This document shows positions 1 to 15,500 of a DNA stretch of 64,000 nucleotides, in pieces. How positions within the stretch are numbered: position 1 is the first letter of the stretch; each line of letters opens with the position of its first letter. A program made the translations under genes and the position numbers. This DNA comes from the human T2T-CHM13v2.0 reference genome, Homo sapiens. Below the pieces are notes generated by a model. The model searched no databases. It worked only from the letters and a program-made list of their open reading frames with translations, and was not told the DNA's origin. Where the stretch lies: the NCBI RefSeq assembly GCF_009914755.1, contig NC_060942.1; one strand, 5' to 3'.

Positions 1-597
1 TATGCTTTATATGGATCCAAATGTTCTCATTTATAAGTCCACTTCTGGCATTCTCCTGGCTTTCTAGAGCAAATATTTATTCTCGTTTTTATTTCATTTT
101 ATATTTTAATGGAATTATGGAAATAGAGATTCATAATGATATAAAGCCATGTTGAATGAGAAGCCAAAATGCAAATTTAGAGAATTTTGTTAGATCTCAA
201 GAAGCTAAAAACATGGCTGATGTAAAGTGTAGTCTTTAAGAGTATTATGAGGTAATTCAGAAACATTTATAACATGCTACCAGTACTCGGGGCTTTGATA
301 TTGCATGACATTCCATAGTTTTTAAGATCTTGGAAATAAGTAAGTTGTCTTGTAGGTGTTAAATTAGAAAATAAATAAAATGTAAAAGAGAAGAAAAACG
401 TGGATAAATACAAAATAGTGGCCCACGGAGTCATTTAACTTTCTTACTGACATCAAGGCAAAGTTATCTTCTTTATGAACTTTAAAACCAGTAGACACTG
501 AGACTAGCAGCACAACCTTTACAAACATGGGGACCAGTGAAAGGCATTATTCTGCATATGTCAAACACAGAGCAGAAATGAGAAAAGTTTGGTTAAT

Positions 598-1452
598 GAA
601 ACAACCCCATCAAAAATTGGGTGAAGGATATGAACAGACACTTCTCAAAAGAAGACATTTGTGCGACCAACAAACATATGAAAAAAGCTCATCATCACTT
701 GTCGTTACAGAAATGCAAATCAAAACCACTCTGAGATACCATCTCATGCCAGTTAGAATGGCGATCATTAAAAAGTGAGGAAACAACAGACGCTGGAGAG
801 GATGCGGAGAAATACGAAGGCTTTTACACTATTGGTGAGAGTGTAAATTAGTTCAACCATTGTGGAAGACAGTGTGGCAATTCCTCAAGGATCTAAACCA
901 GAAATACCATTTGACCCAGCCATCCCATTACTGGGTATATACCCAAAGGATTATAAATCATTCTACTATAAAGACACATGCACACGTATGTTTATTGCAG
1001 CACTATTCACAATAGCAAAGACTTGGAACCAACCCAAATGCTCATCAATGATAGATGGATTTTCTTTATCCATAAAGAAAATGTGGCATGTATACACCAT
1101 GGAATACTATGCAGCCATAAAAAAGACCAAGTTCATATCCTTTGCAGGGACATGGATGAAGCTGGAAACTATCATTCTCAGCAAACTAACACAGGAACAG
1201 AAAACCAAACACCACATATTCTCACTCATAAGTGGGAGTTGAACAATGAGAACACATGGCCACAGGGAGGGGAACATCACACACCTGGGCCTGTCAGGGG
1301 ATGGGGGGCAAGGGGAGGAAGAGCATTAGGAGAAATACCTAATGTAAATGACAGGTTGACGGGAGCAGCAAACCACCATGTCACATGTATACCTGTGTAA
1401 CAAACCTGCATGTTCTGCACATGTATCCCAGAATTTAAGGTATAATTTTAAA
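598..1452 (+). mobile_element. 5'-truncated L1PA (L1PA7/8-like): ORF2 C-terminus plus 3' UTR
   Basis: ORF 862-1242 is the L1 ORF2p C-terminus (EIPFDPAIPLLGIYPK...HIFSLISGS). Disrupted frame upstream, G-rich 3' UTR and short A tail. Confidence 0.93.
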
Positions 1453-2598
1453 AAGATTTCAAGTATTTCAGTTGCATTTTCCAAACCCGTGAAAGCATGT
1501 CTCAATGTCTTCATTCCTCAGAAATTATGGTAATAACATTTAAATCTGTTTGAATCTATATGTCAACACAACAGTTTTTACTGTAACTTGTGAAATAGAC
1601 CGATCATAGGGAAAAAGTATTTTTTAAATTGTGAACAGGCTTGGTAAATTAATATGTTGGCATTATTTGTGATCATTATAATTTGAATGTAGGGGGGAGT
1701 CATTTAAAATTCTATAAAGCATTTAGAAAATTACCAGGCACACAGTGATTTTAGGGGTGGGGTGGTAAATGTTAAACATTACCATTAATCTTTTCTTATT
1801 TTGTCAAATTATATTCCTTTTTGATGATTACTGACCATGTTACCCTACAACTTGTCATTTTCTCTAGGATTAAAGAGATAAAAGAAACTTGCAAGAAAAA
1901 TATTACGTAAACCATTTTGTACTTTTTATGTAAATTCTTGGAGCAATTGGGAAAAAACAGCTATGTATTACTGCTCTGTAAATGAAGCTATTTCATTTCA
2001 AGCATCAAATAGAAGAGTGTTTCATTTGTTTCCTTTAGGTATTTAAAATGCAAATAATATATGCAGTGGAAAGAAAAAAAAGTACATGCATATATAAAAA
2101 TCATTTTGACTCATGAGAGTTTAGTGATTTGACCCTGAATTTCAGATACTAGTAGAAATAATTTACTTAGAAACAAATCAATTTCTATGCAAATTCACAA
2201 AAATGTTTTGTTTTACAGCTGTAATTAGAAGTATAATGGTATAATCAAGCACCCTTCAGAATTTGAAATTATTTTAAAATATTCTGCTCATGAAAATTTT
2301 ATTGTGAAATCAGGCCATTTTATTTATAAAATGACATATTGTCAATGCATATTCTCTGTAAAATATTCTATTTCTTTAAATTAATTACAACAGTCTACAT
2401 GATACTTGCAATGTGACTTTATAGTTATTCCTTTCACTGTGATCATATACTGGGCTAGACAGAAGTGACTTTTCTCAACCTTATCTCATAATTAATCACT
2501 AAGAATTTAAACAACGAAGAGTTCAAAATCCGTATATTTGGGACAAGTTAGGGATTATAGTAATGGATCACGGGTGAATTATTTGCTGAAGAGTAAAT

Positions 2599-2599
<1 letters not shown>

Positions 2600-2648
<49 letters not shown>
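2600..2648. repeat. (CA)24 microsatellite
   Basis: Pure CA run. Confidence 0.98.
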
Positions 2649-2650
<2 letters not shown>

Positions 2651-2809
2651 TACCCTTGATAAACATAATGCAATGAATGACAGCTGTAAAATACATGAGT
2701 AAATTGTTTACGTAAAGTTGCATAAGCTTTCTTTCAACACCTCAAGAAGATCCTGCTTTCACACAACTGAAGACAGAAACAACTAATATTATTACTGCAG
2801 AGACGAAAA

Positions 2810-2968
2810 TACTGTAGTGGTTAAACACATACACATACACACACAGCTTCCAGAGCCAGCCAAGGTTTAAATCCCAGCTCAGTCACCTTACAGCTGTGTG
2901 AACCCATGTGAGAATGATTGTCAATCTCTGACTCAATTTCCTCTACTTCTGCAAAGTGAAGATAATAT
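2810..2968 (+). mobile_element. MIR SINE
   Basis: gtagtggttaa...aaatcccagctc...cagctgtgtga...tttcctc..ctgcaaagtg resembles the MIR core. Confidence 0.7.
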
Positions 2969-3002
2969 TGCCACTGCTATTGTTACTACCATTAATCAAA
3001 GC

Positions 3003-3185
3003 TCGCATTTATTGCTTACTTATTTAATCTTAGGTACTGTGCAGAGTACTTTATGTATCTCATTGAATCCTCATAATAGCCTTGGGAAATATGTGCAACT
3101 TTCATACTTATTTTCACAGAGAGGACGTGGACAGGTTAAGTAACCTGAACAAGACCACACATTTAATAAGTGTTGGAGGCAGGAA
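3003..3185 (-). mobile_element. MIR SINE, inverted relative to the previous copy
   Basis: catttattg...tcattgaatcctcataata...aggttaagtaacctg...ccacac. Confidence 0.7.
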
Positions 3186-3589
3186 ACGTATGAAGGAAAT
3201 ATTGAAGGAGGGTTCGTGAAATTGAGGTCACATGCAACCCTGCTACAGCCTGTCTCAACCTAGGCTTCCATTCTTACATAACACATATCTACCAACTCAT
3301 ATTTTGTCCAAACTTCCTAGGGGATTGCAACATGGAGAAATTATCAAAACTAAAACCCAATCAGGGATAACATGGTATGTACATCTTAGCTGCTAACGGC
3401 ATGGACATTTGCCACCTGAAGCTGATATTCCCCCTAACAACATATTGTTTTGTAAAACACCTGGGCCCTAAATCCCACCCTGGAGACAACGTTGAATTGA
3501 TCAATACTATTGTTTGAAAACAACACTCCTGTCACATTTGCCATAATTTCTAACAATAACACAAATAATATATTTATTTGTTGATAGTG

Positions 3590-3712
3590 TCAGTGTCCCC
3601 TAACAAACTATAAACTTCATAAGACAGTGACTATAATTATGATTATTTTTTAATGTTTTATGTCCCTGGAAAATAGTGGGTGCTCAAAAATATTTATTGG
3701 CTGACTGAATTG
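3590..3712 (+). mobile_element. L2 3' end fragment
   Basis: atagtgggtgctcaaaaatatttattggctgactgaa, an L2 terminus-like sequence. Confidence 0.55.
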
Positions 3713-3926
3713 AAGGTATTATGAATGATTTACTCAAGGCAGACACAATGGCACTCAAGAAGCAAGATACTCTCCGTCAGGCAAAAAAAAAAAAAAAAAA
3801 AATCCTCATCAGCCAATGACGGTACAAAATGTAATTTTTAGAAATGTGTTTTCATCGGATGCATTACTTGTTCTGTATCAGAACAGGCTATGTTATGTGT
3901 GGCTTAAAAAAAAAAGAAAAAAATTA

Positions 3927-4191
3927 GGCTGGGCTCAGTGGCTCATGCCTGTAATCTCAGGAGTATTGCTTGAGCTCGGGAGTTCAAGACCAACCTAAGC
4001 AACATTACCAGACCCTGTCTCTACAAAAAAAAAAGTTAAAAAATTATCTGGGTGTGCTGGCATGTACCTGTGGGCTCAACTACTCGGGAGGCTGAGGAAA
4101 GAGGATTGCTTGAGCCCAGCATGAGCCCAGCATGATTTCACCACTGTATTCCAGCCTGGACATCAGAGTAAGACCCTGTCTCGAAAAAAAA
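3927..4191 (+). mobile_element. AluJ-type with internal deletions
   Basis: ggctgggctcagtggctcatgcctgtaatc...ttgagcccag...gaccctgtctc plus A tail. Confidence 0.85.
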
Positions 4192-4281
4192 TCAATCCCA
4201 AATGTCGACAGCTTGAAACAATTGTGGTTTATTTTTCATTCACTACTCCTGTCCAACACTAGTTATCTGAGGAATCTGCTC

Positions 4282-4650
4282 TGTATGAGTCCATTTTCAT
4301 GCTGCTTATAAAGACAGACTGGGTAGCCGAGACTGGGTAATTTTATAAAGAAAAATAGGTTTAATTGACTCACAGTTCCACATGACTAGGGAGGCCTCAC
4401 AATCATGGTGGAAGGCAACAGGCACATCTTACATGGCAGCAGACAAGAGAGAGTGAACCAAGTGAAAAGGGAAATGCCTTATAAAACCATCAGATTTCAT
4501 GAAACTTAGTCACTACCAATGAGAACAGTATGGGGGAAACCGCCACCAGGATTCAATTACCTCCCAGCAGGTCCCTCCCACAACAGGTGGGAATTATGTG
4601 AGCTACAATTCAAAATGAGATTCTGGTGGGGACACAGCCAAACGATATCG
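4282..4650 (-). mobile_element. THE1-family (ERVL-MaLR) solo LTR
   Basis: Reverse complement of the THE1 LTR: tgtatgagtccattttc...ggggacacagccaaacgatatc. Confidence 0.9.
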
Positions 4651-4696
4651 TAGTCCAATAAATCTCCACTAGAACCACAGCTGATGGGTCAAACCC

Positions 4697-5451
4697 TGTC
4701 TGCATTCCTTTGCTAGGGCTGCTGTAACCAAGTAGCACAACCTGAGTGGCTCAAACCAACAGAAATTTATTCTCTCACAGTTCTGGAGGCTACAAATCTT
4801 AAACCAAGGTGCCAGCAGGGTCATGCACCCTCCAAAACCTGTAGAAGAGAATGTGTCTTTGCTTCTTTTAGTTTCTGGTGTTTGCTGGCAGTGCTTGATG
4901 TTCTTTGGCTTGTAGCAGCATTGCTCCCAATGATGTCTCCCTTGTCACTATATGTTCTCCCTGATGTGTCTCTCTTCTCTTCTTATGAGGACATCAGTCA
5001 CAGAGGATGAGGGGCCCTCCCTACTCCACTATAACCTCATCTTAACTAATTACATCTATGACTACCCTACTTCAATATCAGGTCACATTATGAGGTACTG
5101 GAGGTTCACACTTCAATATATTTTTCTTCTTAATAGAGAAAGGGTCTCTTTCTGTCACCCAGGCTGAAGTGCATTGGCATGATCAATACTCACTGCAGCC
5201 TCAAACTCCTAGGCTCAAATGATCCTCTCACCTCAGCCTCCCAAGTAGCTGGGACTATAGGCATGCACCAACATGTCTAGCTAGTTTTTAAATTAATTTT
5301 TAACATCTCGCCCATGCTGTAATCCAACTCCTGGGCTCATGCAAACCTCCTGCCTTGGCCTCCCAAAGTGTTAGGATTACAGGCTTGTGCCACCACGCAC
5401 TGCCAAAACTTCAGCATATCTTTTTTGGGAAACACAATTCAATTCATAACA
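4697..5451 (-). mobile_element. MLT1C-like MaLR LTR, interrupted by an Alu
   Basis: gggctgctgtaaccaag...aaatttattctctcacagttctggaggct...cacaattcaattcataaca. Confidence 0.8.
5126..5405 (-). mobile_element. AluJ inserted in the MLT1 LTR
   Basis: Alu reverse complement. Degenerate TSD acttcaatatatttt / acttcagcatatcttt. Confidence 0.88.
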
Positions 5452-5473
5452 CCATCGGAATGTTGATAGTTAC

Positions 5474-5852
5474 TGTGACGGACTGGATGTTTGTGTCCCT
5501 CCAGAATCCATATGTTGATGTCCTAACCCCCAATGTTATGGTATTTGGAGGCAGGGTCTTTGGGAGATAAGTAGGTTTGGATGAGGTAACAAGGGCGGTG
5601 TCCTCATGTGGGATTGTAGAAGAGGCAGGAGAGCTCGCTCTCACCACAAGCATAAACCGAGGAACAACTGTGGGAGGACATGGTGAAGAGGCCACTGTCT
5701 GACAGCTAGAAAGAAGGCCCTCACCAGACACCAAGCCTACTAGTACCTTAATCCTTGACTTCCCAGCATCCAGAACTTTACAAAATAAATTTCTGTTGTG
5801 TAAGCCACCAGGCTATGGTATTTTGTTACAGGAACCCAAGCTGACTAACATA
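5474..5852 (+). mobile_element. MLT1A/B-like MaLR solo LTR
   Basis: TG start, aataaatttctgttgt..aagccacc..tatggtattttgtta. GTTAC on both flanks (5469-5473, 5853-5857) gives a 5-bp TSD. Confidence 0.85.
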
Positions 5853-6249
5853 GTTACATAGGCAAAAGGACAATGTAATGAACTGTGCACTATCTGTTAA
5901 TTATTTAACCCAGAAGGGATACACAGGACTTCCACTAGGGTTGCATTGCTAGAGCAAATGCCATCCTTGTCCAGTCAAATGTTCTCAACACTAACCATTT
6001 CCATTAGTGCTGGTTCTAGTACAACCAATTCTGTCTCTTGGTCTGAGAGCTTTCTCTGGCAAATAGCTTCTGTTCTGCTTCAGCAAAACAGACGTTAAGG
6101 GAATTCATGCTCCCAGGATAGGTTCTCAAAAAATAACTGATCAAAGTCGGTGAGTAATTTAATGAGTTGACTTGCTATTTTGTTGCGATAACTGTGAGAT
6201 GCACGTGCCATGCTGCATCCCAAAGCTCCCCAGTGGAATTAAGCCGAAC

Positions 6250-6371
6250 AATATGGGGGAAACCGCCCCCATGATTCAATCATTCCCACCAGGTCCTCCC
6301 ACAACATGTGGGAATTATGGAAGCTATAATTCAAGATGAGATTTGGGTGGGGAAACAGCCAAAACACATCA
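6250..6371 (-). mobile_element. THE1 LTR fragment
   Basis: ggggaaaccgcccccatgattcaat...gatttgggtggggaaacagccaaa. Confidence 0.85.
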
Positions 6372-6423
6372 GGATCCTTTCCTTTTTCTGTGTTTCAGAA
6401 ATTATTCTAATGATTAACAATTA

Positions 6424-6757
<334 letters not shown>

Positions 6758-7010
6758 CCAATTATGGTTTTTCTGTTAGATATGCTTTATCAAAATAAAT
6801 AATTTTTGTCTAAACCCATTTTATATAGCTTTGATTCCATTCTATTCAACACTATCCTTCTCTCTTCCACTCCTGTCTTAGCTTTGATACCATAGAAAAA
6901 GGAAACTTGGGGCAAAGCATATATATTAATACTTTTTGGATGAATAAAATACCTGTGCAAGCACACTGAGGAAAAAAGACAAGTGAAGCAGGCAAAAGAG
7001 AAAAAAAAAA

Positions 7011-7039
7011 TGTGTGTGTGTGTGTGTGCGTGTGTGTGT
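7011..7039. repeat. (TG)n microsatellite
   Basis: TG run with one interruption. Confidence 0.95.
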
Positions 7040-7849
7040 TACAGAACCAGCTACAACCTCAAAAGAAACAAGCTAGACACTTGATCATTTTGGACATCTC
7101 TCTAGAAGCTTTACGGAAACATTCAACTGCAAAAGAGCTGGAGAGGGGGAAGGGGGAGGATTTGTCCTCTAAGCCTGTGCACCTACTTCCCAACGTTCCA
7201 GCCGGTGGGTAAGTCAGAGCCTCTCTGGGTTCATTTGGAAGTGACCAGGTCAATGGACCTGCCCCAGATGCCCTGGTGAGGCTTGTGAAAGACTGTGTTG
7301 AGCATAGCCCCTAAGCCCTTGGGGAGCTGAGAAAATCATGTTTGAAGATAAAGCTGTATCTGCAGCTAGACCCTGGAGAGGCATCGATTTGATCTGGGAC
7401 ACTCCTCCTTACTCTCATCTTCTCCTCCTTTCATCCACTCCCACATTTTGAAACATAGAGCTATATTTTTCTTTGTCTTCTATTAGAGTAATATTATAGT
7501 AATTTATTATAAACAAAACTGATACAACATTGCAATTTATTAAGTACTTATTGTAAACCAAGTACTCAGCAAGGCACTTTTTAAATGTTATTAAATTAAT
7601 TTTATATTAAAAGGACTTTTATGCTATAGAGATATAATTCTTTGCATGGGTTCACATAAATTATTTTATATCAATTCAATAGTATAATGATGCCACATAT
7701 ATAACCTGAGGGGGGGGGGCTGAATAATATTTTTCTTTTCATGGTTTTAGCTTCTTTCAGTCGTTGAATTTAAAGTTTAACCACTGCATACACAGAAAAC
7801 AAGGCAGCATATTCAGTTAAGTCAAATGTGTGTCCCTTTATTTTGGTTT

Positions 7850-8285
7850 TTTGTATATTTTAATGCTTTTATCCAAGTTATATAATCAGAAACAGTCAGT
7901 TCTGTGTATATTTAACACCAACTCACTAATAGTTGTAGCATTTTTATTTTTCAGACAAAATAGTCTTTAGAAAACTTCTTTTTATATCACTTTGCTTCCT
8001 TAATACTACTTCATGGAAATACCTCTTTTTATCTGGTTTAGCTTTAATTATATTTAATGCTTTTAGACTCTTGAGTGTATGGTAATTAATATGAACATCG
8101 CAGGATTGATGGGTATTTACTTGGTTTCTTGCTAGGGATTAGTATGAACAAATCGGATACAATCTATTTTATTTATACCTACTCCTGTATTGATTATAGT
8201 ATTTCTAAGGCATAGAACCCTAATAGCGGGATTGCAGTGTTGAAAGATATCCATGCATTTAATTTCAATGAAGTTGCCAGAATCG
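7850..8285 (-). mobile_element. Ancient L1M 3' region fragment
   Basis: ttgatgggtattt...gtatttctaaggcatagaaccctaatagcgggattgc...gttgccaga resembles L1M antisense sequence. Confidence 0.5.
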
Positions 8286-8362
8286 AATTTGAGTAAATAC
8301 TCAATCTAAAGGCAAACAAAGATTGTCACGTAGCTGATTAATAAGGTTGAAGCAAGTCCTCG

Positions 8363-8807
8363 TGACAAAGCTTGGCCAAACTTTGGTAGGTTTCTGAACC
8401 TTCTCCTAGGCCCATCTGTGCATTTCCTCGTAAAATTCCGTTTTAGCAAAGATCCCTGCTAAGTCAGTTTAGCAAGAACACCTCCATTTTTGACCCCTAA
8501 TTATTCTCGATATCTGATCAAGTTCCCCATCCTCCAGTATTCCCCACATGATGTCTTATAAGCCTGGCCTGTCTGTAACTGCAATCCCCCTCACTCTGAT
8601 GTGTTTTCTCTTAATTTCCTATCCATTGACCCCCACACTGCTTCTAGGCTGTAAATTCCCACTTGCCTATATATGAATGAAGTTGATCCCAATCTCTCTC
8701 CCACTAAAAGATCCCATTGCAGTGGCCCTTGAACCTATAGTATGGTCCTGAGTAAAGTCTTCCTTACTGTGCATTAACAAGTATCACTGAATGCTTTTTC
8801 TTTCACA
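8363..8807 (+). mobile_element. ERV1-class solo LTR (MER31-like)
   Basis: TGACAAAG...ccaaacttt...ttttagcaaagatccctgctaagtcagtttagc...agtaaagtcttcctta...TTTCACA. Flanks ctcg / ctgg. Confidence 0.75.
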
Positions 8808-8827
8808 CTGGCAAGACTCAAACATAT

Positions 8828-9090
8828 TGGGCAGTGTAGTGTCAGTATGGACTCCGGAAGCCAGCTGCCTGGGCCCATGATTATGATCCTCCCACTCTTG
8901 GGGTGTGACCTTGGGCAAGGTACACATACTTACTTGTCTTGCTTCTACCCCAGTTTGCTCATCTGTAAAATGAGGATAATACAACTACTATTTCATACGA
9001 TTGTTGAAGGAGCTATATCAGTGTATATGTAAAATGCTCAGAAGAGTACATGACACAACAAAAATACCATATAAGTATTTCACTACTGTA
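8828..9090 (+). mobile_element. MIR SINE
   Basis: tgtgaccttgggcaag...cagtttgctcatctgtaaaatgaggataata MIR core. Confidence 0.85.
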
Positions 9091-9184
9091 ATGGTCATCA
9101 TTATCATTACTATCAGCATCATTGTCATCATTTTGGACCCAAATGTCAGATTTCTTTTTTATGATTTATTTCCATTCAATGTGA

Positions 9185-9493
<309 letters not shown>

Positions 9494-9639
9494 AGATAAT
9501 AACTTTTATCTCAAATCTGAGTTTGTTTTAAGCACCTTCAGTGTTACCATCGATATTTCCCCAGACACAGTTAATGTCCTGTTAGGTATCCCAGAAATCT
9601 CCCACAGACTTTGCCTATAGCCATGGCAAACTCACAAGT

Positions 9640-10025
9640 TCCCACCCCAGTTACCAGCATCCTTATGCTTCTCTTGAGCTTAATCAGCCCAAGCTCAGGG
9701 AGTCCCACAACTGCAGGGAATTTGCTGTCTCCTCAAGAGTAACCCTTCACCAGTGAGATGTAACACATGGGCCCCAGATTCTTTGGTCCAGGAGGAATAA
9801 TTCTGAGGCCCATTTTCCATGGTTCTTAAGAGAGTTCCCAGGATTGCATTCAAATTGCCCACAAGAGTAACCATCTCCATAACATACTCTTGGTTGGTTC
9901 CCCAGACTCCCCGCCCTCTTCTCACGTTCTCTCCTCCCACACCTGAGCTTTCTGGGATCACCTCCCAAGTAAACTGCCTAACCCTAAGTCTTTGACTGAG
10001 GTCAACTTAAAGAGTGCCTGAGGTA
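9640..10025 (+). mobile_element. LTR16-like ERVL LTR
   Basis: ataattctgaggc...ttgcccaca...ttctgggatcacctcccaagtaaactgc. Confidence 0.6.
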
Positions 10026-10249
10026 AGAAAACCTCAATGCTTGAGATAAGACTTTATTTTTTGCCAGAAAGTACATGCTAGATTACCTAACTTTTTTTTT
10101 CTGTGGGTTTCTTTGTTCTATTGATTTGAAATGTGTGTGTATATGTAGATAGATAGATGGATAGGTAGACATAGATATAGATATGTATATTTGTATACAT
10201 ACATATTTGTGTGTGTTTCAATCTCTTCAATATTTTTGCCTGTGCTTTA

Positions 10250-10552
10250 GGATTTTTGTTGTTCTTGTTTGAGACAAAGCCTTGCTCTGTCACCCAGGCT
10301 GGAGTGCACCGGTGCCATCTCGGCTCACTGAAACCTCTACCTCCTGGGTTCAAGTGATTTTCATGCCTCAGCCTCCCAAGCAGCTGGTATTACAGGTGTG
10401 CACCACCATGCCCAGCTACTTTTTCTATTTATACTGGAGATGGGGTTTTGCCATGTTTCTTGGGCCAGTCTCAAACTCCTGAGCTCAAGCAATCCTCCCA
10501 CCTCAGCCTCCCAAAGTGCTGGGATTTCAAGCACGTGCCACTGAGCCTGACC
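10250..10552 (-). mobile_element. AluJ
   Basis: Alu reverse complement. TSD TTGCCTGTGCTTTA at 10236 and 10553. Confidence 0.93.
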
Positions 10553-11439
10553 TTGCCTGTGCTTTAAATAATGTTTGCGTTTAATCTACCAAACAATTAC
10601 CATACTTGAACTTATCAGCCACTTATTTAGTTAGAAATTATTTGTTTTTTACTCTCTAGAAATAATGTTTGTGTGTATGTGGGTTCCTTTTAAATCTTTT
10701 TAGGCATTCTCACTATTTTTCTCAGGCTGCTTACTTCTTCCAGCAGCTTTAATCTGCTCTGTGTGGTTTCCTTGTGTTCTGCCCTCAGGCTATCTGAGAG
10801 AATTTATATTTCTCTGGAAATCCATTAAGGATGAAGTCCAGAGAGTACCCTAAGTGTGATAGTTCCTCAGTGGTAGGAGTTCACACAAGATTCTAGGCAG
10901 GGCCTGTAAGCTAGGCGTTATCAGACTATCTATCCAAATTTTGAAGCCCTTCCTATTCTCAGGCTGTTTATATTTTCCCAGGCTCAGCTCCCACAAGCTC
11001 CGTCTTCTCAGTGTCCTCATGACTAGAACGATCAGACACACATACAGTGGTTTGAACTCGACCTTCCTTTTTTTGATGACACAGATCACTGTGGATAAAA
11101 CTCTTCCCAAGATTTCTAACTTCCTATTCCCTTCCCAGTGTCTTCCAATACTCGTCTCCAGAGATTTGTTTATCCTGCAGAGAGAGGAACAAAAGGATGA
11201 TACTGGCTTTTTCCAAGCAACCCACAGAAAGGATCTCAAAGCTTCACGTACATTTAGCAACCCCTAAGCCTTGACCAAAGATTAGCCAGAAGATGAGAGA
11301 GATCAGAGTTGTCATGAAAGGGAAGGAAGTCTCAGTCAGCTCAACATAGTTCCATCATGCCCCCCTTGAGGACACTGGGCTTTTATTCCTTTTTGTTTGT
11401 TTTTGGCAACATTATCACAAAGCAAACTTTCCACCAGGG

Positions 11440-11600
11440 CCATAGAACATAGTTGTTAAGAATTCAGTCTCTAGAGTAGGATTACATGGATTCAAGTCAC
11501 AGTTCATCTACTTACAATCTGTGAGATCTACACTTCATAATTTAAACTCTGTGTTTCTGTTTCTTCTTTAAAATGTGAATAGCAAAACTTACTGCTCACA
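11440..11600 (+). mobile_element. MIR fragment
   Basis: catagttgttaaga...ggattcaagtc...acttac..ctgtga...tgtttcttc. Confidence 0.55.
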
Positions 11601-12222
11601 GCCTTCCATAAAAGATCCTAGAATAAAGATCACACCTCTGTAGCAGATTCTAAACAGTTTGAGAATAAATTACCACTATGTATGTCAAAACATCAACTTA
11701 TAACTAAAGGTCGATTGAAGTGTGTATCTTGGTAAGAAACAGATGTCAAGTAAACCTCAGAATTAAACACATTTAACAGCCATTTTCCAGCAAAAGAAAA
11801 TATGGCATCACTGTGGGCAGCTGATGCGTAAAGGACAAAAGGGTGGTATTGAATGATGCACACCTAATTATGTTTCCCAAGTTTCCCAGTTGATTAACTT
11901 TCTCCACCTCTCTGTGGGTGGAAAGAATATGTGCCATAGTTTTAAGTCATTTAGTGAAAACCTCTCCTCATGACCACAAGAGAAAGCAAGAAAAAGTGTT
12001 TCTGCTGTCACACTGAGGTTAGCATATATCTGAGACAATTTCTGTTCTGGAAATTCTTTGTGCCTAATCATATCCCTGTTGTGAAAAGGGACGTGGCTCT
12101 TCCTGAGGTTGGAAGAGAGCATGGCCTCCATCTTCCATTCACTAAGTTGTTTCTTTTAAACTCAGCCCTGGTCCTGTGGATGCCTTTTTGGGACTTGTTC
12201 TGGGAAGATTAGATTTAGCCCC

Positions 12223-14776
<2,554 letters not shown>

Positions 14777-15335
14777 GCCCCTCTCAGGTCTTTACCATGA
14801 ATCACAAAAATACATTCTGAAAATCAATTCCTCAGGCATCTCATTTCCATTCTATTTCTTCTCGTATTAAAACTCATGTCCAGCCACAAAGTACTGTGAG
14901 CCTACAAGTAAGCAGTAAGATAAGATGCATAAACACAATACATAAATTCTAATTAATAATGTCAGCTGAGATATTTCCCCAGTTTTAATCCCAGGCAATT
15001 TTCAAATTTCCTGGAAGAAATTAAAGGTTAAATATTTAAACATTTTTCAAGTTAAAATCTAAAGATAGAAAGTTTGAAGCAATTAAAATCAGTTATCTTG
15101 TTTTTAGAAGTTTAAAATCTAAAATTTAAAATTCTTATGTTATAATTAAGTCAAAATATTATCCTCCCAAATTTCTTACTCAATTTCATCTCACTAACAG
15201 GCATTCTTGATGACTGCCTAAAAGTGTGTTCCTTGCAGCAGCTAGAGACAGCTTTCGCATCTCTCATGCTAATGGGTATGTGTCCTTCAAGGCCTGAGAG
15301 ATTAGAGATACAATAAACCTCTCAAGAGTTTAAAT

Positions 15336-15500
15336 TTTTCTTGTTTTGTTTTTTACTTTATTGATTGATTGATTGATTTTTGTAGAGATGGGGTCTTACT
15401 ATATTGCCTAAGCTGGTCTTGAACTCCTGGCCTCAAGCATTCCTCCCAACTCAGCCTCCCAAAGTGCTGGCATTATAGGTGTGAACCACTATGCCTGGCC
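15336..15500 (-). mobile_element. Alu monomer (FLAM-like)
   Basis: Single left-arm reverse complement with a T-rich/(TTGA)n tail. Confidence 0.85.

Noticed and set aside
527-1400. ORFs resembling L1 ORF2p
   Set aside because: A truncated, disrupted L1 fragment, not a gene.
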